Shown piece by piece: positions 1 to 9,550 of a stretch of 64,000 bases of DNA. The stretch comes from an uncultured Candidatus Poseidoniales archaeon (lineage in GTDB: Archaea > Thermoplasmatota > Poseidoniia > Poseidoniales > Poseidoniaceae): positions 72,178 through 136,177 of the forward strand of contig CAJJAP010000004.1 in the NCBI GenBank assembly GCA_905182185.1, given 5' to 3'. Every line of letters begins with the position of its first letter. Position 1 is the first letter of the stretch. Under the pieces are notes generated by a model. It was not told the DNA's origin and made no database searches. It saw only the letters and a program-made list of their open reading frames with translations. A program made the position numbers and the translations under genes.

Positions 1-1
1 A

Positions 2-604
2 ACAATGGATTCCGACCTTGATGGAGTAGGTGACAATGCTGATGCATTCCCTAATGATGCTACTGAAACAGTTGATACTGATTCTGATGGAACTGGCGAT
101 AATGCTGAGCATTCCCATGCTGATGCTGCTGAAACAATGGATTCTGATGCTGACGGTGTTGGTAACAATGCTGATGCATTCCCTAATGACGCTAATGAAA
201 CCATGGATACTGATGGTGATGGTGTTGGAGATAACGCACAAGCTGCAGCAGAAGCAAAGGCTGCTAAACTTGCTGCAGAACAAAGTGAATTATACATGAT
301 GATCGGAATCGCAGCAGTTGTAATTCTCCTTTCACTGGCTGCAGTAGCGGTTTTCATGAAGAAAAAGGGTAGTGATGAACTAGTATTATCACCTAAGCAA
401 TATGATAATCCGCAGCCAATTACTCAGACTCAACAGTACGAGCCACAACCAATTACTCAGACTCAACAGTACGAGCCACAGCCTACGATAGTGGCTGCTG
501 CAACTGAAGTTCAGCGCTGGACAGACGAATCAGGGCACACTTGGAGAACCATGACCGACAATTCTACACAGTGGTGGAATGGTAGTGATTGGCAACAACG
601 CTGA
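2..604 (+). CDS. Surface/adhesin-like protein, C-terminal part (N-terminus upstream of window): acidic DxDxDG calcium-binding-type repeats, one TM helix, Q/P-rich tail
   Basis: Frame open to window edge. Three ~22-aa units (DAFPNDAxETxDTDxDGxGDNA). Hydrophobic MMIGIAAVVILLSLAAVAVFM followed by KKK. Tandem PQPITQTQQYE. Confidence 0.6.
   Translation, partial: TMDSDLDGVGDNADAFPNDATETVDTDSDGTGDNAEHSHADAAETMDSDADGVGNNADAFPNDANETMDTDGDGVGDNAQAAAEAKAAKLAAEQSELYMMIGIAAVVILLSLAAVAVFMKKKGSDELVLSPKQYDNPQPITQTQQYEPQPITQTQQYEPQPTIVAAATEVQRWTDESGHTWRTMTDNSTQWWNGSDWQQR
410..484 (+). repeat. 33-bp in-frame tandem repeat (2 full copies 410..442 and 443..475, plus a 9-nt partial third)
   Basis: ccNcaNccaattactcagactcaacagtacgag is repeated back to back and encodes PQPITQTQQYE twice. 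Confidence 0.85.
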
Positions 605-652
605 TTGATTTAGCATAGTCATCTTGAAAACAATTCTCGATGTGCAAGATAT

Positions 653-2176
653 GTGTCCAACCTATCTTCCTTGACTTGGTACTCCCGTTTCATAGATGAA
701 ACACCTGGAGATTCAGTTGTCGGAGGCCCTGCACGCCAAGTGGAAGGAGCGTGTTGGTCTAGAGTTCTACCAACTCCTTCACCCAATCCATCACTACGAT
801 TGTGGAGTGAAGAAATAGCTAATTCTTTATCGATTACAAAAGGTGATTTAGAAATCTTGTCCGGAGGTCCTCCAAGTCCAGACATGGACCCTTATGCACA
901 GCGCTATGGAGGGCACCAATTTGGAAATTGGGCACATCAATTGGGTGATGGAAGAGCGATTACACTAGGCGAAGTAGAAAGTGATGTAGGAATTGTTGAA
1001 TTACAACTCAAGGGGTCTGGACTTACTCCTTATTCACGTACTGCGGATGGAAAAGCCGTACTACGCTCATCGATTAGAGAATTTCTGTGTAGCGAAGCAA
1101 TGCACCATTTAGGAGTTCCTACAACGAGAGCATTGTCATTGGCTACAACTGGAGAAGAGGTGATGAGAGACGTCCTATATGATGGAAACCGAGCATTCGA
1201 GCAAGGTGCAATTGTATCCAGAATTTCTCCGAGTTTCATTCGCTTTGGAAGTTTCCAAATTCATACAGCAACTGGTGATAAAGAGACACTTAGAAAATTG
1301 GTTGAACATACGATAAGAAACCATTTCCCAGGCCATCAATACTCAAACGATCAACAATTACTAGCATGGTTAGCAGACATTGCAAAATCAACTGCAACTA
1401 TGGTTTCACATTGGATGCGAGTTGGTTTTGTTCATGGGGTAATGAATACAGATAACATGTCCGTCCATGGATTAACGATTGACTACGGACCATATGGATG
1501 GATTGAGGCATACGATCCGAACTGGACTCCAAACACTACTGATTTGTCCCATAGACGTTATAGATTTTCAAATCAGCCCCGTATTGCTGGTTGGAATGTT
1601 GCCAGATTATTAGAGGCGATTGCTCCACTTTTTGATGAACCTGAACAGTTGTCTCAAATTTTGGATGTATATTTTGAAGCCATTGGAGAGCAGCAAAACT
1701 CTATGTGGGCTGGAAAACTTGGATTTGATGTATTTAAAGATGAAGATGTTGAATTAGTTCGGGAATTAAATAACCTATTGCAACTAGTTGAAACTGATAT
1801 GACTATATTTTTCCGACTTCTATCAGATCTTGAGACTCCTGATGTTGAATCTCTAAAGTTTGCTTTTTATGAAGAGGATAAACTTCCCGTAAAGCAGTGG
1901 AATGAATGGTTGCTGAAATGGTGGAATCGAGTGGATGCCACCCCAGATAGAGTAAAAATGAAATTAGCAAATCCAAAATATGTATTTCGTAATTGGATGG
2001 CTCAGTTAGCAATTGAGGAAGCTGAAAAAGGAGATTTTTCTTTGTGTGAGGAGTTGTTGGAGTTATTGAAGAACCCATATTCAGAACAAATGGATATGCA
2101 CAGTAAATGGTTTACTAAACGACCTGAGTGGGCTAAGAGTAAAGTTGGATGCTCAATGCTATCTTGCTCAAGTTAA
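653..2176 (+). CDS. selO: Protein adenylyltransferase SelO (YdiU/UPF0061 family), Cys-type
   Basis: 507-aa ORF with RYGGHQFGNWAHQLGDGRAITLGE and VHGVMNTDNMS motifs typical of SelO. C-terminus is ...LSCSS. Confidence 0.9.
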   Translation: MSNLSSLTWYSRFIDETPGDSVVGGPARQVEGACWSRVLPTPSPNPSLRLWSEEIANSLSITKGDLEILSGGPPSPDMDPYAQRYGGHQFGNWAHQLGDGRAITLGEVESDVGIVELQLKGSGLTPYSRTADGKAVLRSSIREFLCSEAMHHLGVPTTRALSLATTGEEVMRDVLYDGNRAFEQGAIVSRISPSFIRFGSFQIHTATGDKETLRKLVEHTIRNHFPGHQYSNDQQLLAWLADIAKSTATMVSHWMRVGFVHGVMNTDNMSVHGLTIDYGPYGWIEAYDPNWTPNTTDLSHRRYRFSNQPRIAGWNVARLLEAIAPLFDEPEQLSQILDVYFEAIGEQQNSMWAGKLGFDVFKDEDVELVRELNNLLQLVETDMTIFFRLLSDLETPDVESLKFAFYEEDKLPVKQWNEWLLKWWNRVDATPDRVKMKLANPKYVFRNWMAQLAIEEAEKGDFSLCEELLELLKNPYSEQMDMHSKWFTKRPEWAKSKVGCSMLSCSS

Positions 2177-2423
2177 TTTTAACTCACAATTTCAACTAAC
2201 ATAGTTTGCCAGCCTACTGGGTTGTAAGAGATAGTAATACATCTGCTGTACAACTAAAGTAATGTTTCAGTGAACAAAACACCTAATGCAATAATTGAGT
2301 TGTTGTTTCAGTCGAGATTGCATTAAAGCAAACCACGCTTATCGATCAATTGGCAAGCAGTAATAGCTTGCTTTATGTAAACAGTTAAGTTAACAAAGAA
2401 TTGTTTCAGGAAAGTGAAAAATT

Positions 2424-2624
2424 TCACTCGTCTGAGACGACTTTTGAAACGCCGACTGCGTTAGGACCTTTTGGTCCTTCGCCGACTTCGAAAGTAACTA
2501 CATCTCCGTCAGTAATTTCTCCAGTGACTTCGGAGACGTGAACGAAAAGATCGTCACCCCCTTCTCTTTCTATAAATCCAAATCCTTTCGTAAAGTTAAA
2601 CCATTTGACAGTACCTTGTGCCAT
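2424..2624 (-). CDS. csp: Cold-shock protein (CspA family, OB fold), copy 1
   Basis: [33 protein letters not shown] carries RNP1/RNP2-like motifs. Start placed at the conserved MAQG rather than the longer track ORF (to 2657). Confidence 0.9.
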   Translation of the reverse strand: MAQGTVKWFNFTKGFGFIEREGGDDLFVHVSEVTGEITDGDVVTFEVGEGPKGPNAVGVSKVVSDE

Positions 2625-3091
2625 GTCGGGGGCTACGGCAAGGGGTATTTGAAGCATACCATGGAACCCTCAATAAAAAAAAACAGAATAAGCGATTGAA
2701 TGGCTCTGTTCGCAAGTGATAATTATTAGAAAAAAAGCGTTTTTTCGTTGTTTAGAGAACTATTCTACTTACCAGGAAATCACACCCTGGATAAATTGAT
2801 TTCCAAATAAAAGATTTACTCGACTACGATAGTAGGGGGGAAAAGTAGAGCCGAATGCTCATTCCGATCTTGCTAAAATGAATTCAATCCTCAATGAGCA
2901 ATGATTCCACTCGCTTCTAGTACGAAAAGAAACTGCTAATATAGAAACTACCAATGTAATGATTGAGTTGTTGTTTCAGTCGGGATTGCATTAAAGCAAA
3001 CCACGCTTATCGATCAATTGGCAAGCAGTAATAGCTTGCTTTATGTAAACAGTTAAGTTAACAAAGAATTGTTTCAGGAAAGTGAAAAATT

Positions 3092-3292
3092 TCACTCGTC
3101 TGAGACGACTTTTGAAACGCCGACTGCGTTAGGACCTTTTGGTCCTTCGCCGACTTCGAAAGTAACTACATCTCCGTCAGTAATTTCTCCAGTGACTTCG
3201 GAGACGTGAACGAAAAGATCGTCACCCCCTTCTCTTTCTATAAATCCAAATCCTTTCGTAAAGTTAAACCATTTGACAGTACCTTGTGCCAT
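3092..3292 (-). CDS. csp: Cold-shock protein (CspA family), copy 2, protein identical to copy 1
   Basis: Same 66-aa product. CDS nucleotides appear identical to 2424..2624 (offset 668). Confidence 0.9.
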   Translation of the reverse strand: MAQGTVKWFNFTKGFGFIEREGGDDLFVHVSEVTGEITDGDVVTFEVGEGPKGPNAVGVSKVVSDE

Positions 3293-3391
3293 GTCGGGGG
3301 CTGTAGCAAGGGGTATTTGAAGCAACACGGTAGAATCCCACCAATATGGCATTTAAACCGCATTCAGCAATAAGCCCAAAGGCAATATTAT

Positions 3392-5785
3392 TCACGAACC
3401 ACAACTTAGGCAATCGTCTGGAGTATCAAGAGAACAAGCAATCGCTTCTAGACTACTAAGCTCCTCTGCTCGATCTGCCAGACCTGCAACTGTTTGGTCA
3501 TCCTTTACCTTGGCTTCGACAGTAAATTGAATCGCATCGGCTGCAGCCTTGGTTCTAAGATAATACATTCCTGTCTTGAGACCCTTTCTCCACCCATAGA
3601 AATGCATTGAAGTGATTTTAGCCGGGTTAGCATCGACCATATGAATATTCAATGATTGACTTTGATCAACATATGCGCCTCGGTCAGCCGACATATCAAG
3701 GACGTAGCGTTGCTTTATCTCCCAGGTAGTTTTGTACATTTCTTTGATATCATCAGGGATCCCAGAAATGGCTTGAACACTACCTTTGTGCCTTAAGATT
3801 TCATCCTTCATTTCTAGAGACCACAAGTCTCTTGCAATCAAGTCCCGAACTAGGTGCTTGTTCAATACAATAAATTCTCCAGATAAAGTTCTGCGGACAT
3901 AAAGGTTTGAGGTAAATGCCTCAAAACACTCATTATTTGCAAGTATTTGGCTAGTTGATGCTGTTGGCATAGGCGCCACCAATAGTGAATTACGCATACC
4001 GTGCTCCACTATTTCTTGCTTCAGAGTATCCCAGTCCCAACGACCGGAGTGTTCATTCATCCCCCACAGGTCAAACTGAAGTTTTCCTTCACTAGCGGGT
4101 GAACCCTTGAAAGTGGAGTAAGCTCCTTCAGCAATCGCTGCATCCTTCGAAGCAGTACATGCTGCAAAGTAAATTGTTTCAAATATTTCCTTATTCAAGA
4201 CTCTAGCCTCTTCACTTTCAAAGCATAGCCCAAGCATTGCAAATGTATCTGCTAATCCCTGAACACCTAGACCAATAGGGCGATGCCTCATATTGGAATT
4301 TCGGGCTTCAATTACCGGATAAAAATTAACATCTATTACTCGGTTCAGATTTCCAGTTGCATGATATGTCACATCATATAATAATTTATGATTAAATGAT
4401 TTAGTTTCCATGTCAATATACTTTGGAAGTGCTATCGAAGCGAGGTTACACACAGCCACTTCATCTTCTGAAGTGTATTCCATAATCTCTGTACAAAGGT
4501 TTGAGGAACGGATAGTTCCTAAATTCTTTTGATTGGATTTTTCATTTGCTGCATCTTTGTAACACATGTATGGAGTTCCAGTTTCAATTTGAGATTCCAC
4601 AATTTTGTCCCAAATCGTGCGTGCAGGAATTGTTTTGCGCGCTCTTCCTTCAGCCTCATATGATTCGTATAACTGTTTGAATCCATCACCATAGGCATCT
4701 TGGAGACCTGGGCATTCATTCGGACAGAATAAAGACCAATCTGCATTTGCTTCTACTCTTTCCATAAATAGATCAGAAATCCACATTGCATAGAACAAAT
4801 CTCTTGCTCTAACTTCTTCCTTACCGTGATTCTTCTTTAAATCCAAGAATGCAACGATATCTGGGTGCCAAGGCTCAAGATATACTGCGATTGAACCCTT
4901 GCGCTTACCGCCGCCTTGGTCGACATATCGGGCAGTGTCATTGAATACGCGAAGCATCGGAACGATTCCATTGCTTGTGCCATTTGTCCCTTTGATATAT
5001 GCGCCTTGGGAGCGGATATGGTGAATTGAAAGTCCAATTCCACCAGCGGATTTAGAGATTAATGCACACTGTTTCAGAGTATCATAGATCCCTTCTAAGG
5101 AATCATCTTGCATTGTAAGTAAGAAACATGATGACATCTGTGGCTTTGGCGTTCCTGAATTGAATAGAGTTGGAGTTGCATGAGTGAAATATCCTTCCGA
5201 CATCAGATCATAAGTCCTCAATGCCTTCTCTATATTTCCATGGTGAATCCCTACAGAGACTCTCATCAACATATGCTGAGGTCTTTCTGCAACTTCGCCA
5301 TTGAGTTTCAGTAAATATGAGCGTTCCAAAGTTTTGAATCCGAAGTAATCATAGTTATGGTCTCGTCCATAATTGATGTGGTTATCCAAAATCTCAGCAT
5401 TTTCCATTATCACAGCATAAACTTCCTCGGAAATTAGAGGTGCGTGCTTGCGTGATTCCGGGTCGATGTAATCTCTTAGGTCGGTGATGACTTCCGAGAA
5501 TTGTGTTTTTGTTGAACGATGTAAGTCATCAACACAAATTCTAGCCGCTAAACGACTGTAATCAGGGTGCTGAGAAGCAAGTGAAGCAGCGGTCTCTGCT
5601 GCTAGTTGATCTAGTTCCCTAGTGGTAACTCCATCATATAATCCCTCTATTGTTAATTTTGCAACATGAGCGGGATCAATCCAAACCGGGTCTAAACCCT
5701 CAGCTAATTGCGTCAACTTTTCCATTATTGCATCAAAACGTACATCTTCACGTTCCCCTTTCCTATTTACTACTTGTAGTGCCAT
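3392..5785 (-). CDS. nrdA: Ribonucleoside-diphosphate reductase large subunit (class Ia R1, eukaryote-like)
   Basis: 797 aa. N-terminal ATP-cone ([20 protein letters not shown]), catalytic NLCTEI, C-terminal CLSCGS redox tail. Confidence 0.95.
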   Translation of the reverse strand: MALQVVNRKGEREDVRFDAIMEKLTQLAEGLDPVWIDPAHVAKLTIEGLYDGVTTRELDQLAAETAASLASQHPDYSRLAARICVDDLHRSTKTQFSEVITDLRDYIDPESRKHAPLISEEVYAVIMENAEILDNHINYGRDHNYDYFGFKTLERSYLLKLNGEVAERPQHMLMRVSVGIHHGNIEKALRTYDLMSEGYFTHATPTLFNSGTPKPQMSSCFLLTMQDDSLEGIYDTLKQCALISKSAGGIGLSIHHIRSQGAYIKGTNGTSNGIVPMLRVFNDTARYVDQGGGKRKGSIAVYLEPWHPDIVAFLDLKKNHGKEEVRARDLFYAMWISDLFMERVEANADWSLFCPNECPGLQDAYGDGFKQLYESYEAEGRARKTIPARTIWDKIVESQIETGTPYMCYKDAANEKSNQKNLGTIRSSNLCTEIMEYTSEDEVAVCNLASIALPKYIDMETKSFNHKLLYDVTYHATGNLNRVIDVNFYPVIEARNSNMRHRPIGLGVQGLADTFAMLGLCFESEEARVLNKEIFETIYFAACTASKDAAIAEGAYSTFKGSPASEGKLQFDLWGMNEHSGRWDWDTLKQEIVEHGMRNSLLVAPMPTASTSQILANNECFEAFTSNLYVRRTLSGEFIVLNKHLVRDLIARDLWSLEMKDEILRHKGSVQAISGIPDDIKEMYKTTWEIKQRYVLDMSADRGAYVDQSQSLNIHMVDANPAKITSMHFYGWRKGLKTGMYYLRTKAAADAIQFTVEAKVKDDQTVAGLADRAEELSSLEAIACSLDTPDDCLSCGS

Positions 5786-5845
5786 CTATTATTCCCCCTT
5801 CATTTCATTGTAATTGTTGATAATTATTATCCCATAACCCATGCT

Positions 5846-6799
5846 TCAGAAATCTTCATCCATTGAGAAGCGCTGTTGCACACTCCCAAGACTTGCTGAA
5901 TCCATAACGCCTGCTTTTTGGTATTCTGCGACTCTCTTCTCGAAGAAATTCGTTTTACCTTGCATTGAGATCATTTCCATCCAAGGGAATGGGTTCTCTG
6001 CATTATACAACTTTGAAGCTCCAAGAGTAATTAATAGGCGGTCTGCTACGAAATGAATGTATTGGGCCATCAAGTTCGAATTCATTCCGATTAGAGAAAC
6101 TGGAAGTGCGCTTGTTACGAATTCAATTTCAATTTCTACTGCCTCTGCAATAATTCCATGAATGGACTTTTCACCTGCTCCACGTAATAATTTATTATGT
6201 AATAAACAAGCGAAATCGCAATGAAGTCCTTCGTCTCGAGAAATTAATTCATTGGAGAATGTCAACCCTGGCATCAATCCTCTCTTCTTCAACCAGAAGA
6301 TTGCACAGAAAGAACCTGAAAAGAAAATACCTTCAACTGCTGCGAAGGCAACTAATCTTTCAGCGAATGAACCTTTCTTGCGAGATAGCCAACGCATTGC
6401 CCAATCGCCCTTTTTCTTAACTGCTGGCACAGTTTCTAATGCTTTGAAAAGGTGGTCCTTTTCTAGATCGTCCTTGATGTATGTATCAATGAGTAGTGAG
6501 TAAGTCTCTGCATGAACATTTTCCATCATGATTTGAAAACCATAGAATGCTCTAGCTTCAGCCCAACAAACTTCATTAGAGAAATTCATCACTAAATTTT
6601 CATTGACTATACCATCGCTTGCTGCGAAAAATGCTAGTATGTGTTTTAAGAAGTGTCTTTCATCATCGTTCAACTTATCCCAATCTTTGAGATCTTCTGC
6701 TAAGTCTATTTCCTCAGCCGTCCAAAATGATGCTTGTTCTTGTTTGTACATTTCCCAAATATCTGAATGCTCAATTGGGAATAAGTACAAAGCGATCAA
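5846..6799 (-). CDS. nrdB: Ribonucleoside-diphosphate reductase small subunit (R2), main fragment; N-terminus is in another frame (+1 shift near 6782)
   Basis: [61 protein letters not shown]-terminal FSMDEDF R1-binding tail. The track start is a TTG of convenience. Confidence 0.95.
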   Translation of the reverse strand: MIALYLFPIEHSDIWEMYKQEQASFWTAEEIDLAEDLKDWDKLNDDERHFLKHILAFFAASDGIVNENLVMNFSNEVCWAEARAFYGFQIMMENVHAETYSLLIDTYIKDDLEKDHLFKALETVPAVKKKGDWAMRWLSRKKGSFAERLVAFAAVEGIFFSGSFCAIFWLKKRGLMPGLTFSNELISRDEGLHCDFACLLHNKLLRGAGEKSIHGIIAEAVEIEIEFVTSALPVSLIGMNSNLMAQYIHFVADRLLITLGASKLYNAENPFPWMEMISMQGKTNFFEKRVAEYQKAGVMDSASLGSVQQRFSMDEDF

Positions 6800-6887
6800 G
6801 ATTAGTTTGAAGCATTGGTTCTAAGTGCTCGTGACTCAAGTCTAATTCAAAGTCTTCTTCATTTGTACTTGGTTTTTCGATTACCAT
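6771..6887 (-). CDS. nrdB: R2 N-terminal fragment (38 aa) in the 0 frame
   Basis: ATG at 6887 gives [38 protein letters not shown]-stop. EPMLxxNxxRFV is the conserved R2 N-terminal motif that normally continues into FPIE. Confidence 0.75.
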   Translation of the reverse strand: MVIEKPSTNEEDFELDLSHEHLEPMLQTNLDRFVLIPN

Positions 6888-7173
6888 AATTAGACACCCC
6901 CGATATTTCACACGCTGGAATTTTATTGCCCTCCGAGAGAGACTATAATACTGACCCCCAATGACACCTAGGAAACATGCATTAGAGCAGTGTTCGGCGA
7001 AAGTGAAAAGTACTAAGCAGCATAACGATTAGCATTTATGTTTGTAGCCTAGAACTAATCGATGATTTGAGGCTAAAAACTAACAATAAATACCCCCTAC
7101 CTTCCACTGGAGTTATGTAAGTAAGTTTCAACTTTAGAATAAGGGTCAAAAGCCCCCACCATAACGACCGTAT

Positions 7174-7626
7174 ATGGAGCAAATAAAATTGTCAGTCCAA
7201 TTCGCACGCCTCGATGATGAAGCAAGATTGCCAACCCAAGGCTCAGCATTGGCTGCTGGATGGGATTTGTATGCTTTATGCGAGACAATTGTCCCAAAAG
7301 GCGCAAGCACATTCATAGCAACTGGACTGGCTGTTGCCATACCTGAAGGATGGGAGGGGCAGATACGATGCCGCTCATCCCTAGGGAAAAAAGGAATGAT
7401 ACTACCAAACGGCGTAGGAACAATTGATGCTGATTATCGCGGAGAATTGAAAGTACTAGCAACATGGATTGGCCAAGGAGACAATTTTACAGTAAGTAAA
7501 GGCGAGCGTGTTGCACAGTTATTATTCGCACAAGTACCAAAGGTAACAATAGTTGAAACATCATACGAGGAATTAGGAAATACTGAGCGAGGGAGCGGAG
7601 GCTTCGGCTCATCAGGCCAGTATTGA
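7174..7626 (+). CDS. dut: dUTP diphosphatase (trimeric dUTPase)
   Basis: AAGWDLYA, GVGTIDADYRGEL, RGSGGFGSSG motifs. Confidence 0.93.
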   Translation: MEQIKLSVQFARLDDEARLPTQGSALAAGWDLYALCETIVPKGASTFIATGLAVAIPEGWEGQIRCRSSLGKKGMILPNGVGTIDADYRGELKVLATWIGQGDNFTVSKGERVAQLLFAQVPKVTIVETSYEELGNTERGSGGFGSSGQY

Positions 7627-7646
7627 CTAACTAAAGAGGCGATAAT

Positions 7647-8285
7647 ATGACCGAACAAAGAGATGTAGAAATAATTCATCTCGGTGAAATCCCTTACCAA
7701 GAAGCGTTGGATTTGATGAAAGAACTTCAACAGCAAAGAATCGATGATTTAATTCCAGACACATTACTATTACTACATCACCCCGAAATCGTAACAGTTG
7801 GGCCACGTGCTACAAATGACGGAATAAAAGCACCACAGGGTTACCCATCACATACAGTCGATAGAGGAGGCGGTTTAACCTGGCATGGACCTGGTCAATT
7901 GGTTGGATACCCAATTTTCAAATGGGATTTAGAAGGAGAAAATTCTGTCGCTGCAATAATCTCATTACTTGAACAATGGATCATTAATACTCTTGATGAA
8001 TTAGGAATAGAATCTTCAAGAGATGATCGGATGCAAGGAGTATGGGTTGATGGAAAGAAAATTTGCAGCATTGGACTTTCATTCCTTAGATGGGTCTCTC
8101 GTCATGGCTTTTCGATTAATATAGACACTCCTAGCGGGAGAGTGGAAGGTTTGGCAGGATGTGGACTTGAAAGTGAGACAACTACTTCTCTCGCAAGATT
8201 AGATTACCAAATTACAATTGAACAATTCACTCAGTCTCTGCTGAAAAACATGCAAAATATAGTTAAAAGAATTGCAAGAGATTAA
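7647..8285 (+). CDS. lipB: Octanoyl/lipoyl transferase LipB
   Basis: LLLLHHPEIVTVG and RGGGLTWHGPGQLVGYPI motifs; conserved K in GKKICSIG. Confidence 0.9.
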   Translation: MTEQRDVEIIHLGEIPYQEALDLMKELQQQRIDDLIPDTLLLLHHPEIVTVGPRATNDGIKAPQGYPSHTVDRGGGLTWHGPGQLVGYPIFKWDLEGENSVAAIISLLEQWIINTLDELGIESSRDDRMQGVWVDGKKICSIGLSFLRWVSRHGFSINIDTPSGRVEGLAGCGLESETTTSLARLDYQITIEQFTQSLLKNMQNIVKRIARD

Positions 8286-8344
8286 AATCAGTAGATAATT
8301 TCCAAAAATACAAGGATATGCTCAACAACTGCGACTGATTAGCG

Positions 8345-8896
8345 TTGAGCATGGACAACACATGGCCCCACCATGGTAGTCCTACAATCGGGAAAGAAAT
8401 TCACCCCATTCAATATCTTGAATGGTATGTTCCTCGTTTACAACAAATGAGAAAATATAATTTATCTTTTAGTGGACTACAATACTCTTGGGATTTTGAA
8501 ACATATCTAGCAGCAAATCTGAAAGATGTGGGCTATCATCACATTCCAGAGTTTCCTAATCCTGAGCAAATGGTTGCACAACGTTACGCAATAAGTCCTC
8601 ACAAAATTGCAATTACCCATGGGGCCACTCAGGCCCTAAACATTGCATTATTGGCTTGTTTAGAACCTACAACAAATGGTCAAAGAAATATTGTCGCAGT
8701 TGAATCTCCGGCATATGCGCCTGTTGTTCAAACTCCCTTATTGTTAAACTGTGACACAATCCCCGTTCAGAGATACCCTCCTGTTGATGGTTTTGGCCCA
8801 TGGAGAATAAACAAAAAAGAGTGGCTAGATGTTCTGCAACAATCAAAAGTATTGATGATAAACCCCACAATTAAACCCATGCGGATGGGATTATGA
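8345..8896 (+). CDS. Class I/II PLP-dependent aminotransferase, N-terminal fragment (+1 shift near 8864-8874)
   Basis: GATQALNIALLA, VAVESPAYAPV, VLMINP. The expected NPxNPxG continues in the next frame as NPCGWDY. Confidence 0.8.
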   Translation: MSMDNTWPHHGSPTIGKEIHPIQYLEWYVPRLQQMRKYNLSFSGLQYSWDFETYLAANLKDVGYHHIPEFPNPEQMVAQRYAISPHKIAITHGATQALNIALLACLEPTTNGQRNIVAVESPAYAPVVQTPLLLNCDTIPVQRYPPVDGFGPWRINKKEWLDVLQQSKVLMINPTIKPMRMGL

Positions 8897-8936
8897 AAGC
8901 AGTGACCGAAGATGGATAATAGATACATGTAAGAAA

Positions 8937-9509
8937 TTGGCAATCAAAATCATCTCCGATGAGGTCTATATCGATTCGATGAAGGGCACAGAAGATTACA
9001 AACCATTCCACTTAGAAGGCGAACACTGCATATCAATCAACTCATTAACCAAAATCTATGGATTGGGCCCACTTCGCTTTGGCTGGATCATCGCTAACAA
9101 AGAGATCATATCCAATGCAAAAAGAGCATTCTTAACATTTTCAGGGATGATGGCAAGCCCTACTATTCGCTTAGCAAGTGCTGTGTTCCCGCACTTGGAC
9201 TTAGCTCTTGAAAAAATAAAAAAATATAGAGAAATTAATCTCCCAGTATTAAGGGAAATGCTGGAAAGGCAAAATATTGTTTGGAATGAACCACCTCACG
9301 GGGTTTTCGGTGCTTTCCAACTTCCAAATGGATTTGATTCAATGACCTTTGTCGATGAAGCATGCGCAGAGCATTCAGTATTAGCAGTACCCGGCTCAAT
9401 GTTCTCAAGAGAGTTAAGTGGGTGGCTGAGAGTGGCTTGGTCTATAGAGCCCGTATTATTTTCTGAGGCAATAATAAACCTAGAAAAGGCCCTGATTTCA
9501 ATCAATTAG
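8937..9509 (+). CDS. Class I/II aminotransferase, C-terminal fragment (frame open from 8862)
   Basis: IISDEVY, SLTKIYGLGPLRFGW (PLP lysine), LRVAW. The track start is arbitrary. Confidence 0.8.
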   Translation: MAIKIISDEVYIDSMKGTEDYKPFHLEGEHCISINSLTKIYGLGPLRFGWIIANKEIISNAKRAFLTFSGMMASPTIRLASAVFPHLDLALEKIKKYREINLPVLREMLERQNIVWNEPPHGVFGAFQLPNGFDSMTFVDEACAEHSVLAVPGSMFSRELSGWLRVAWSIEPVLFSEAIINLEKALISIN

Positions 9510-9550
9510 TAAAAACAAGAGCATATATGCAAAAAGGAGTTGCACAGTAC

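Larger units (their letters stand above)
2283..3324. repeat. Tandem direct duplication: 374-bp unit at 2283..2656 and 2951..3324 (period 668 bp)
   Basis: Each unit holds csp, ~140 nt of 3' flank and 32 nt of 5' leader. I see only a few mismatches, all outside the CDS (e.g. gtcgagatt vs gtcgggatt, ctacgg vs ctgtag). Confidence 0.9.

Noticed and set aside
30-299. Alternative-frame ORF (MTMLMHSLMM...) overlapping the first gene
   Set aside because: It is a repetitive Leu/Met-rich artefact of the GAT/GCT-rich repeat region. The DxDxDG frame has a recognisable domain pattern and continues into a TM anchor.
6771-8896. Stop-codon-triggered +1 frameshifting (Euplotes-like) as the explanation for the split genes
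   Set aside because: In nrdB and the aminotransferase, homology switches to the +1 frame several codons before the 0-frame stop (FPIE and NPCGW are read in the new frame upstream of the stops). The stop codon is therefore not the shift site.
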